Shown one piece after another: positions 1 to 8,589 of a stretch of 64,000 nucleotides of DNA. Positions within the stretch are counted from its first letter, which is position 1. The number at the start of each line of letters is the position of its first letter. The stretch comes from Clostridia bacterium (GTDB lineage Bacteria; Bacillota; Clostridia; Christensenellales; Pumilibacteraceae): the NCBI GenBank assembly GCA_017531795.1, contig JAFXKH010000043.1, positions 38 to 64,037 of the forward strand, written 5' to 3'. Under the pieces are notes generated by a model. It did not search any database. It had not been told where the DNA came from and was given only the letters and a program-made list of their open reading frames with translations. The position numbers were made by a program, and so were the translations under genes.

Positions 1-1580
1 TTGTCGAACATTGCAACGCCACCCACAGGCGCGTCTTTCTGGCCAAGCCAAAGTTCTATTCTTACTTTATAATCTGCAAATGCCGAGCCTTTAATATAGA
101 AAGAAAGTTCCGTCCAACCGTTTCTGGTCGTATTGCTTGCATTGCCACCGCTTATATCACTTTGAACTAAGAGCTGGGGCTTTCCGTAATCGGGCGAAGA
201 AAGATCGTTGTTCTCGCCTTTATAGTTGTAACCGGTAATTGCGGCGCTTGCAACTTTACCGTTAACGGTATTAACCCACGTGCTTACTCTGTAATTTTTA
301 TATCTGGGGATGGTGAAATAATCTGAAGCGTATCCAACGTCTTCACTACGGAAGTAGCCTTTATCGGGTTCTGCGATATTGTCGTATTCCCAAGATGAAA
401 GTATAAAGATTCTATCGTTAATGCCGTTGGGGGAGTAGGGAACCGTATTATGGATACCGATAGCTGAGTTTTCACCGTTAAATATACCAATAGTAGGAGA
501 ATATCCGCCGAAACTTCCGTCTGCTACCGTCCATCCCTTCATTCCGTTATCAAAACTTCCGATTTCTTTATCGGTGTATCCGCTATCATCAGGAGTCATG
601 ATGTTTCCGTTATCATCAATTGCAAGAAACTCAGCGTTACTTTCGGAATAATAAATAGAAGTATTATCTTCATTTACGAAATAGTTGCGATCGGCCTTAT
701 CGGGATTAGCGAAACTTTTTTCAATATTAATTTCGGAAATTTCATCGTCGAAATAAATAGGCGAGTACTGCGTTGCCGTAACGTGATCAAAGAACGCGTA
801 TCCGCTCGTAGTATAAATCTCCGATTGCTCATTTCCGTACTTGTCCGTATAATCGTACGAGTTGCCGAGTTGAAGACTTATCTCAACTGAGGAATTGTAC
901 ATAGTGGACGTTTCGATAAAGAAGGAATATTCTCTCCAACCATAATCATTGATAAGAGTTTTTTCTTCCGACGAGGTATCTATTCCGCTAAACACGAGAG
1001 GATTTTTCAATCCGGTAATCTTTATAGATGCGCCATCGTTCGTTCCGCTTCCAAACGCTCCGGTTTTTACCCAAGCGCTGATTTTATAATAAGAGTTGGA
1101 AGTGAGAGAAAGAGTGGCGGATTTATATCCGTACGCTACCTTTGAACCATTAGAGTTTATCATAAGAGCGTCGCTATCAGAACCTTCAAACTTTCCGTCG
1201 TCTTTTCCGAAAGGAGTTAAGTGATCGGAAATGCCGTGTTTGAACTCGTCGTATCCATCGAGTTTGAGATTTTCCAAAGCATTATCTTTCGTAATGTTGG
1301 AAAGCGAAAGGTCTACGACTCCGTTTACCGTACCACCTTCGGGAGTATTTCCTAACGGCGCGCTTGTCCAACTGCTAGGCACACGCGGAGCGGCTCCCGA
1401 TGATTCATTAAATTCACCGTTCGGAACGGAAACGCTCGTGTTCTGGAAAGCTTCCGTAATCGCTGCATCCGCAGTGAAAGACGAGCCTGTAGACACAAAG
1501 GTAAACGTCGAGAGAATCATAGCGAAAGCTATTATCATTGCTGTCAATTTTTGTTTTAACGAAGTTTTCTTAGCTTGCAT
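1..1580 (-). CDS. Secreted surface/glycan-binding-like protein, N-terminal ~526 aa (C-terminus lies beyond the window start)
   Basis: The minus-strand frame is open from the window edge up to ATG at 1580-1578, with a GGAAG Shine-Dalgarno just upstream. It is absent from the ORF track because it has no stop in the window. The N-terminus MQAKKTSLKQKLTAMIIAFAMILSTFTFVSTGSSFTADA looks like a signal peptide. The body shows two similar beta-rich modules (VPNGEFNESSG...SWTSAP...YYKISAWVKTGAFG...GWREYSFFIET and GSFDNGMKGWTVADG...YRVSTWVNTVNG...GWTELSFYIKG) resembling CBM4_9/galactose-binding-like jelly rolls. Confidence 0.6.
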   Translation of the reverse strand, partial: MQAKKTSLKQKLTAMIIAFAMILSTFTFVSTGSSFTADAAITEAFQNTSVSVPNGEFNESSGAAPRVPSSWTSAPLGNTPEGGTVNGVVDLSLSNITKDNALENLKLDGYDEFKHGISDHLTPFGKDDGKFEGSDSDALMINSNGSKVAYGYKSATLSLTSNSYYKISAWVKTGAFGSGTNDGASIKITGLKNPLVFSGIDTSSEEKTLINDYGWREYSFFIETSTMYNSSVEISLQLGNSYDYTDKYGNEQSEIYTTSGYAFFDHVTATQYSPIYFDDEISEINIEKSFANPDKADRNYFVNEDNTSIYYSESNAEFLAIDDNGNIMTPDDSGYTDKEIGSFDNGMKGWTVADGSFGGYSPTIGIFNGENSAIGIHNTVPYSPNGINDRIFILSSWEYDNIAEPDKGYFRSEDVGYASDYFTIPRYKNYRVSTWVNTVNGKVASAAITGYNYKGENNDLSSPDYGKPQLLVQSDISGGNASNTTRNGWTELSFYIKGSAFADYKVRIELWLGQKDAPVGGVAMFD

Positions 1581-1746
1581 TATTTGACTTCCTTGAATAT
1601 TTAACCGCATAGGGTTTCATTATAATAATACTTGATACATTATACCTTAATTGGGTTTATTATGCAAACGATTTATACCCAAGTATGAGAAAAATTTTGT
1701 GTGTTTTTATGCACATTATATTATATAGGGTAAAAAAGGAGCAATT

Positions 1747-2115
1747 TTGAAGAAAAAATCAAAAAATAATTTTTCAAAATTAATTTACGGCGCATGCATA
1801 GGAATTATTAACGGTGTATTTGGGGGCGGTGGAGGGATGCTTTGTGTTCCTTTGTTGAAAGATAAAATGCGGGAAAACGTAAAAATCAGTCACGCAACGA
1901 CCGTTTTAATAATTCTTCCAGTTTGCCTTACGAGTTCTTTTGTATATTGGACTAGCGGTAATTTTGAATTTTTTGATCAAGTACCAACAATACTTGGCGT
2001 AGTGGTGGGTGGTGTCATAGGTTCAATAGCGTTAAAAAAATTCAACAACGAGTTTGTTTCGTTGTTGTTTTCCATAGTAATGATTTTTGCGGGGATACGA
2101 AGTATTACTTTATGA
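1747..2115 (+). CDS. Half-size TSUP (TauE/SafE, DUF81) family membrane protein, subunit 1
   Basis: TTG start after an AAAGGAG RBS. 122 aa with about 4 TM segments and the Gly-rich motif GVFGGGGGMLCVPLL typical of one TSUP repeat. Its stop overlaps the next gene's start (ATGA). Confidence 0.7.
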   Translation: MKKKSKNNFSKLIYGACIGIINGVFGGGGGMLCVPLLKDKMRENVKISHATTVLIILPVCLTSSFVYWTSGNFEFFDQVPTILGVVVGGVIGSIALKKFNNEFVSLLFSIVMIFAGIRSITL

Positions 2116-2483
2116 TAAAATTTTTGTTGGTAGGAATAATGGGAGGAATTATTGGCGGTATGGGTATGGGCGGAGGCACTTTCTTAATCCCATTGCTTAC
2201 TGCCGTTTGCGGTATTGAACAAACTACTGCGCAGGCGGTAAATTTAATCGCCTTTATTCCTATGTCTATTATAAGCGTTATAATTCATGCAAAAAACGGA
2301 TTAATTAAACCAAAATATCTGTTGTCAATTTCTTTGCCAGCGGTAATTTTATCAATTCCTGCATCTATTATTGCTTTGCAAATAAATTCTGATTTGTTGA
2401 AAAATGCTTTCGGGATTTTTTTGATTATTCTAGGAATAAAACAATTTTTTCAAATACTTTTTAAACAAAAAACGCGGTATTAA
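2112..2483 (+). CDS. Half-size TSUP (TauE/SafE, DUF81) family membrane protein, subunit 2
   Basis: 123 aa with about 4 TM segments and the motif GGMGMGGGTFLIPLL. Translationally coupled to the preceding half-size paralogue. Confidence 0.7.
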   Translation: MIKFLLVGIMGGIIGGMGMGGGTFLIPLLTAVCGIEQTTAQAVNLIAFIPMSIISVIIHAKNGLIKPKYLLSISLPAVILSIPASIIALQINSDLLKNAFGIFLIILGIKQFFQILFKQKTRY

Positions 2484-2597
2484 GCAGTAATATAAAACAT
2501 ATAATGAGAACGTATTAAAAAAATAATTTTCGCTTTCGTGCTATTATCGTATATTTCGCCAAAAAATTCTAAATTTTTTAATAAATTTTAATATATA

Positions 2598-3380
2598 ATG
2601 GAGAAAAATTTGAAATTACTTATCGCCACAAAAAAAAGTATTATAACTCTCGTTGCTTTATTGCTTGTGCTCGTTTTGTCTATTATCGGAGTTTCCACAA
2701 CTGACGCTGAGTGTGTGTTTTTAGGAAAATCTCCAAGAAGAGTTCCTATATATTGCGTGGATACTCAGGAAAAAATCGTTGCTCTTTCTTTTGACGCCAC
2801 CTGGGGCGCAGATAAAACGCTGGGAATATTAGATGTACTGAAAGAATACGGCGCAAGCGCAACTTTTTTTGCTGTCGGTATGTGGGTGGAAAAATATTCG
2901 GATAAATTAAAGACTTTATCAGACTCGGGAATAATGGAGATAGGAACACACAGTAATAATCATCCTGATATGGCTAAACTTTCCCGACAAGATATTTTGC
3001 TTGAACTTGAAACTTCCGTCAATATCATTGAGAACGTTACGGGAGGCAAAGTTGATTTATTCCGAGCGCCATACGGTTCTTATAGCGATACCTTGATTGA
3101 AACCGCAGAAGAACTTGGTTTATTTACGATACAATGGGACGTTGATACGCTGGATTGGAAAGGTTTATCCGCAGGTGATATATGTCAAAGAGTATTAAAT
3201 AAAGTCAAACCTGGCAGTATCGTTCTTATGCATAACGATGGTGAAAACACTTTATCCGCGCTTCCATTAATGTTGGAAGGTTTGAAACAGAAAGGATATA
3301 AGTGCGTAAAAATAGGCGATATGATTTACAGAAAAAATTTTACCGTAGACCATACGGGGAAACAGATTAGGAGTACATAA
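2598..3380 (+). CDS. Polysaccharide deacetylase (NodB domain), PdaB-like sporulation-type, membrane anchored
   Basis: N-terminal TM anchor followed by NodB motifs: SFDATWGADKT (PdaB-like FDxxWG, lacking the second Asp of TFDD), HSNNHPDM, RAPYGSY, WDVDTLDW and LMHNDG. Confidence 0.8.
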   Translation: MEKNLKLLIATKKSIITLVALLLVLVLSIIGVSTTDAECVFLGKSPRRVPIYCVDTQEKIVALSFDATWGADKTLGILDVLKEYGASATFFAVGMWVEKYSDKLKTLSDSGIMEIGTHSNNHPDMAKLSRQDILLELETSVNIIENVTGGKVDLFRAPYGSYSDTLIETAEELGLFTIQWDVDTLDWKGLSAGDICQRVLNKVKPGSIVLMHNDGENTLSALPLMLEGLKQKGYKCVKIGDMIYRKNFTVDHTGKQIRST

Positions 3381-3381
3381 A

Positions 3382-4002
3382 ATGACAAACGAAAATCAAT
3401 TGATGACGAACAGGGTATATCTCTGCGGAAAAATTGAAACAACACCTACGCTTAGCCACGAAATATATGGCGAAGGTTTTTATGAATTTATGCTTAGCGT
3501 GCCAAGATTAAGCGAACAATTTGACGTTATCCCGATAACGCTTTCGGAAAAACTACTCGCAGAGAGAGATTTACGAGTAGGGGAGAATATTGCGATAGAA
3601 GGGCAATTCAGAAGTTATAATAAAGTGATTGAAAGCCACTCAAAACTTATGCTTACGGTTTTTGTCAGAGAATTCGTAGAGATAGAGGAAAATAAAAATC
3701 CAAACGTAGTAGAATTAATCGGTTACATTTGTAAAGAGCCGATTTACCGAATGACACCCTTATCAAGAGAAATATGCGATTTATTAGTTGCTGTAAATAG
3801 GGCGTTTAACAAATCCGACTATATACCGTGTATAGCTTGGGGGAGAAACGCGCGATACGCCGCTAATCTATCAGTTGGTACTAAAATTAATATAACCGGA
3901 AGAATCCAATCACGAAACTACGTAAAGAAAATCAATGAAGATAATAGCGAAATAAGAATTGCCTATGAAATCAGCGTAGGTAAGATAGAAACGTCTGTAT
4001 AA
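3382..4002 (+). CDS. Tandem OB-fold single-stranded-DNA-binding-like protein
   Basis: 206 aa made of two SSB-like halves. First half: NRVYLCGKIETTPTLSHE...DVIPITL...LRVGENIAIEGQFRSYN. Second half: VELIGYICKEPIYRMT...AVNRAFNKSDYIPCIAWGRNARYAANLSVGTKINITGRIQSRNY. There is no acidic C-terminal tail. Confidence 0.6.
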   Translation: MTNENQLMTNRVYLCGKIETTPTLSHEIYGEGFYEFMLSVPRLSEQFDVIPITLSEKLLAERDLRVGENIAIEGQFRSYNKVIESHSKLMLTVFVREFVEIEENKNPNVVELIGYICKEPIYRMTPLSREICDLLVAVNRAFNKSDYIPCIAWGRNARYAANLSVGTKINITGRIQSRNYVKKINEDNSEIRIAYEISVGKIETSV

Positions 4003-4004
4003 AT

Positions 4005-4030
4005 AAAATAACGGCTTTTGCCGTTATTTT
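4005..4030. terminator. Bidirectional intrinsic terminator between convergent genes
   Basis: Hairpin AAAATAACGGC-TTTT-GCCGTTATTTT, with A-tract and T-tract flanks. It overlaps the stop codon of the minus-strand gene. Confidence 0.6.
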
Positions 4031-6348
4031 ATTTTATTTTTTCTTTTGACTGCTATTATTACGATTATTGTTATTGCAACAATAAGTACGATTCCGACGT
4101 AGAACATAATTACTTGATAATATCCTGCTTCCGTATGTTTCAGATATTCGGTTTTCACAAAACACGTTGACGTCGCTCCCGTGTTTTCATTTACGACGTA
4201 AGTGATTTTTGTAAATTCACGGCCTTTTAGGAATTCTTCTTCCATTTGTACTTTCGTGCCGTTTTTAATTTTTCCGAGAACGGAAGATGTGTCTCTGTCA
4301 AAATACGTATCAACGAAATCTTTATCGCATTTGATTTCTGCGTTTGGCACGATTTGCTTATAATCTCCGCCCACAGTACCGTTAATTGCGACGTTGTTTC
4401 TGAGAACGTATCCGTTCATTTGGCCGTTAGAATCAGAGTATTCTATTCTTATCCATTTTTGTGAGTAGCCGTCTACGTATTCATCCGCAAAATTCTTTAT
4501 TAAATATGATTTTCCGACCGTCGTTTCTGCCACTTGCGGAGATGTGATTGAAGGATGTTTGTAGATTTTTACAATGCTCGTAGCCGTACAATTATTCTCT
4601 TTCGGCTCTGTATAAGGCAATTTTTTAGAAAGTGTGTTGACGTTTATGAAAGCGTAAATTCCGCCACCTTGCGTTTCAATTAATGCGTAGGCGTAATCTG
4701 TGTCTTGATACGCGCCTAAAACTATTGCGTAGGTCCCCTTGTTGATGCGTTTTGAGTCCGTAGCGGGCATTTCTGTCGGCGCGGAATAAGAATAGCAATC
4801 TATTTCTACTATATAAATATCGTGAGCAGTGTTTGTACTTTCAGGAATCGAGTTGTTGACAGAATCAATAAATTGCTTATAACTATCGTTGTTATCCAGC
4901 ATATCAATTCCCAATTCATCACGACTAATAGTTCCGTTATGGCAAGTCCCTTTTGCAATGGTAATCAAGTCACCGAATCCAAGAACGCCGTTTTTGGTAA
5001 TTTTAGTACGCGATAATGCCACGTCCGTTAATCCTTCAACAGAATAGGGGACGGAATCTGTATTTTTATAAATACCGAGATTGTCATAGCGGTACACGTT
5101 TTTAGCGTTGTCCATAAAGAATCCGTCGAAGTTTCCGTCTGAAAGAATTTGCGAAGGATTTGACAAATTTTCGTCGTATTTTATCACGCCACCACTCGTA
5201 GTCAAAACATAAATTTCCTTTCCGAAAACCTCTACGGCCTTTACGTTGTCAAGTGTTTTATTGTCAATAGAGCGGAGAAGTTTGTTGTTTTGCGTAATGG
5301 CGTATACCATTTCGCTCGATACGTCAAAAAGATCAGTCTTGACTTGTACGATGTTTTCTTGCAAATCCGCAAAGGAATATTCTTTTTTGAGTACTCCCGA
5401 CTTGCCCTCGAATTTTATAATTTTGTTTTCCGAAGAAACGAGGATGCTTCCGTCGTAAGCAATGGCTACGTCGCTTGGATGTGAAACAGGTATTTTATAG
5501 TTTCCGTGGTCGTCTATTACGGTTATACTGTGGTTTCCGTAGTCAGAAAAAGCAGTAATGCTTCCTCTCGCATCAACGTTAATTTTTTCAGAAGTGGAGA
5601 ATAAGGTCTCTGAATTACCATTTGTAAATTGGCAGATTTTTCCCGATCTCGTAGTGTAATATAGGTTTTTACCAATGGTTGTCAAAGAAGTAATTCCGCC
5701 TACGTTATAACTTTCCGCTCTGTTTGTAGAGTACAAAGAATAGGGGGTTGCGTAATAAACGTTTTCGCCGTCGTACGCGACAGAAATAATTTCGGCGTCT
5801 GTGTCAACGTCATATTTGAGCGTTTGGCTTGTCCCGTCGTTTAAATTGATCTTTGAAAGGGAGATGCGGTTTGAAAGTTCTTCAAAGACAAACAGATAGT
5901 TTTCATGAGCCACTCCGCATAAATATTTACCAATGCTGTCGGATAATACTCTTTCCGTGTCTTCGTATATGAAAATTTGAGTATCCGTAATTTCGCCTTT
6001 TAAGTTAGCAGAGAAAACTTTCCCGTTCTTTCTTGGCGTAAAAATTTCTGAATTTATAGCTTGAAAATTGTTCGCAGTAATTGAGTTATTAATAACGCTC
6101 ATATCTTCAATGTTTATTATTTTTCCGTCTTCGGTGAGCGCGTAAAGATCATTTTCGGATGCCGTTATGTATACTGGTTTAGACGTGAAGAATTTATAAG
6201 TGACAGGCGCAGTAGTTTCTTGCGCTAAGACAGAAATATGAGAAAATAAAGGCAACGAAAAAAATGCGACACAAAGCATTACCGCAAGAATTGTTGCTGT
6301 GAAAATTTTCGAAAGTTTCTTTATACCTAAAAGTTTCTTCATACCCAT
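4024..6348 (-). CDS. Large exported protein with a C-terminal TM anchor, a beta-propeller-like repeat region and SH3b-like domains; function unknown
   Basis: 774 aa. N-terminal signal/anchor (ILAVMLCVAFFSLPLFSHISVLAQE). About 450 aa of short repeats of the type ...LYYTT.SGKI.../...IYVLTTSGGVIKY.... The C-terminal third has SH3b-like segments (KIYKHPSITSPQVAETTVGKSYLIKNF...WIRIEYSD..GYVL). Final TM helix: YYQVIMFYVGIVLIVAITIIVIIAVKRKNK. Confidence 0.65.
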   Translation of the reverse strand: MGMKKLLGIKKLSKIFTATILAVMLCVAFFSLPLFSHISVLAQETTAPVTYKFFTSKPVYITASENDLYALTEDGKIINIEDMSVINNSITANNFQAINSEIFTPRKNGKVFSANLKGEITDTQIFIYEDTERVLSDSIGKYLCGVAHENYLFVFEELSNRISLSKINLNDGTSQTLKYDVDTDAEIISVAYDGENVYYATPYSLYSTNRAESYNVGGITSLTTIGKNLYYTTRSGKICQFTNGNSETLFSTSEKINVDARGSITAFSDYGNHSITVIDDHGNYKIPVSHPSDVAIAYDGSILVSSENKIIKFEGKSGVLKKEYSFADLQENIVQVKTDLFDVSSEMVYAITQNNKLLRSIDNKTLDNVKAVEVFGKEIYVLTTSGGVIKYDENLSNPSQILSDGNFDGFFMDNAKNVYRYDNLGIYKNTDSVPYSVEGLTDVALSRTKITKNGVLGFGDLITIAKGTCHNGTISRDELGIDMLDNNDSYKQFIDSVNNSIPESTNTAHDIYIVEIDCYSYSAPTEMPATDSKRINKGTYAIVLGAYQDTDYAYALIETQGGGIYAFINVNTLSKKLPYTEPKENNCTATSIVKIYKHPSITSPQVAETTVGKSYLIKNFADEYVDGYSQKWIRIEYSDSNGQMNGYVLRNNVAINGTVGGDYKQIVPNAEIKCDKDFVDTYFDRDTSSVLGKIKNGTKVQMEEEFLKGREFTKITYVVNENTGATSTCFVKTEYLKHTEAGYYQVIMFYVGIVLIVAITIIVIIAVKRKNKIK

Positions 6349-6420
6349 ACATTATAGCCGAAAATTCGATTAAAGTAAACAAAAATTTTAAATATATGCA
6401 AAGAAATTTTAAAAAAGGTA

Positions 6421-6449
6421 TTTACATTATTAAAAAAGTATGTTATAAT
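6421..6449 (+). promoter_or_regulatory. Sigma-A-type promoter for the ppx-maf-mreB-like operon
   Basis: TTTACA, a 17-nt spacer, then TATAAT, located about 60 nt upstream of the ppx ATG. Confidence 0.45.
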
Positions 6450-6511
6450 ATACCAAGTATAAGTGATATTTTGAAATATTTTACATTTTTGATGTTTCAA
6501 GAAGGAGTCAT

Positions 6512-8038
6512 ATGGAAAAAATTGCCGTAATTGACATGGGTAGTAATTCAGCTAAACTCATCTTAGCCTATGTCATTGAAGATGGTCATAATAATGGCCA
6601 TTTCGTAGTGTTCGATGAATTGCGAGAAACAGTAAGACTTGGCCAGGATATGGAACGCGACGGGTATATTAAACCTTCTAGAATCGCACAAGCCGTAAAA
6701 ACTTTAAAGATGTTTAGAAAACTTTGCGACACTAACAACGTTGACAAGATTTATGCAGTCGCGACTAATGCGTTACGCAGAGCTAAAAATCAAAAAAGTT
6801 TCTTAGAAGAAGTAAACGCTACTTGTGGTTTCAAGTTGCGCGTCCTCTCGGAAGAAGAGGAAGGGCAACTCATTTATCATGGAGTAATAAACTCCATGGA
6901 TTGTCCCAAAGGCGTTATTATAGATATTAGCGGAAGTAGTATGCAACTCGTACAGTACAACAGACGTAACGTAATGAACAGAACTACACTTCCTTTCGGT
7001 TCGATTACTTTAAGCGATTTGTTTAACGACGGTTCACATTCGCCGGAAGAATCTGCCGCTCTTATTGAAGAGTACGTAACGAACCAACTTTCAGAAATAG
7101 AGTGGTTAAAACAAATAGAGCCTGATTATCAGATGGTCGGCGTTGGAGGATCTTTCAGAAGCCTTGCAACAATCAGCAAGAGATTAAGACGTTATCCGTT
7201 ATCCGTAATTCATAACTACGTCGTTGGTAAAGACGAGTTTACGAATATTTACGATACGATAAAAGTGTTACCCGTAGACAAGCGCGCAAAGATTAAGGGC
7301 TTACATGAAGAAAGAGCAGATATTTTCGTCGCGGCGCTCGCAACGATTAAGTCTTTCCTTTCTTGCACGAATTTTGATCGCACGCTTATTTGCTCGTCCG
7401 GTATCAGAGAGGGCATAATGTTCAATCACGCAATGCCTGTAACTCTCGAAAAACCGATAAGCGATATTGTGGCTCATTCTGTATATACTCAACTTCATTA
7501 TTGCGGACAGGATATTAAGCATTGTGAAAAGGTATGCAACCTTTCGATTATGCTTTACAAACAACTTCGTGTACTTCATAAATTACCGAGAATGTACGTA
7601 AGAGTGCTCAGAGTGGCTGCGCTTATGCATGACGTAGGAACGAGATTGAAGTTCTATGCTCACAATAAGCACTCCTTCTACTTTATTTTGAATTCTTCAC
7701 TTTACGGTCTTACTCATAGGGATTTACTTCTTGCTGCGTTCGTTGCGCAAGGACATCATCCCAATGAATTCAGTATGCAAGAGTGGTCAAAGTATAAGGA
7801 TATACTCTCCGAAGAAGATTTGGGCGCAGTTTTGAAACTGTCCGTAATTTTAAGAATAGCCGAGTCTTTGGATAGATCGAGAAGCGGTGGCGTTAAGTCA
7901 ATTAATTGTGACGTTCTTGGGGATTCCGTAATTATGAAGACTGAAACGGAAGGTGATTGTTCTCTTGAAATCAAAGATGCTCTTTCCGCGCGCGCTGATT
8001 TTGCAAAAGCTTATTCCAAAAATCTTGACATACTTTAA
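6512..8038 (+). CDS. ppx: Ppx/GppA family exopolyphosphatase / guanosine pentaphosphate phosphohydrolase with C-terminal HD domain
   Basis: IAVIDMGSNSAKLIL actin-fold phosphate-1 motif, and DISGSS and VGVGGSFRSL motifs. The C-terminal HD region contains LMHDVG. Confidence 0.85.
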   Translation: MEKIAVIDMGSNSAKLILAYVIEDGHNNGHFVVFDELRETVRLGQDMERDGYIKPSRIAQAVKTLKMFRKLCDTNNVDKIYAVATNALRRAKNQKSFLEEVNATCGFKLRVLSEEEEGQLIYHGVINSMDCPKGVIIDISGSSMQLVQYNRRNVMNRTTLPFGSITLSDLFNDGSHSPEESAALIEEYVTNQLSEIEWLKQIEPDYQMVGVGGSFRSLATISKRLRRYPLSVIHNYVVGKDEFTNIYDTIKVLPVDKRAKIKGLHEERADIFVAALATIKSFLSCTNFDRTLICSSGIREGIMFNHAMPVTLEKPISDIVAHSVYTQLHYCGQDIKHCEKVCNLSIMLYKQLRVLHKLPRMYVRVLRVAALMHDVGTRLKFYAHNKHSFYFILNSSLYGLTHRDLLLAAFVAQGHHPNEFSMQEWSKYKDILSEEDLGAVLKLSVILRIAESLDRSRSGGVKSINCDVLGDSVIMKTETEGDCSLEIKDALSARADFAKAYSKNLDIL

Positions 8039-8589
8039 TGAATCTGATTTTGGCATCTGCCTCCCCACGTAGAAGAGAACTTATAAAAAAGCTTGATTAT
8101 TTAAGCGTAACTGTTTGTCCTTCAAACGTAGAGGAGATTATTACAAAAAATACGCCTTGTGAAATTGTTATGGAACTTGCCGAACAAAAAGCGAGTTCCA
8201 TAATTTCAAACGAACTCACGCTTGGCGCTGACACTATGGTTTTTCTTGATGATTTGAAATTAGGGAAACCGACTACGGAAGCGGATGCTCGACGCATGTT
8301 CCATGCTCTTTGCGGCAGAACGCACGAAGTTATTACGGGCATTTGTTTAAAAAAACGCGATAAAACGATATCTGCTTATGAGCGTAGTTTCGTTACGTTT
8401 AACGACTATAACGACGAAATTATCAATAATTATATCAAGACAGGCAAGCCTTTTGATAAAGCAGGCGGATACGGCGCGCAGGACGAAGAATTTTCGCCCA
8501 TATTAAAAAATATTACAGGAGATTACGACAACGTGTTAGGGTTGCCCGTGCAACTTATTGACAGGTTGATTAGGGAGAATTTTTCATGA
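8038..8589 (+). CDS. maf: Maf nucleoside triphosphate pyrophosphatase (septum formation protein)
   Basis: LILASASPRRRELI N-terminus, GADTMV, and KAGGYGAQ. The start overlaps the ppx stop by 1 nt. Confidence 0.9.
   Translation: MNLILASASPRRRELIKKLDYLSVTVCPSNVEEIITKNTPCEIVMELAEQKASSIISNELTLGADTMVFLDDLKLGKPTTEADARRMFHALCGRTHEVITGICLKKRDKTISAYERSFVTFNDYNDEIINNYIKTGKPFDKAGGYGAQDEEFSPILKNITGDYDNVLGLPVQLIDRLIRENFS

Noticed and set aside
1231-1587. 118-aa plus-strand ORF from the supplied track.
   Set aside because: It lies entirely antisense to a much longer open minus-strand frame that has an RBS, an ATG, a signal peptide and domain-like repeats. Its own sequence is low-information and has no RBS. 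I treat it as a shadow ORF.
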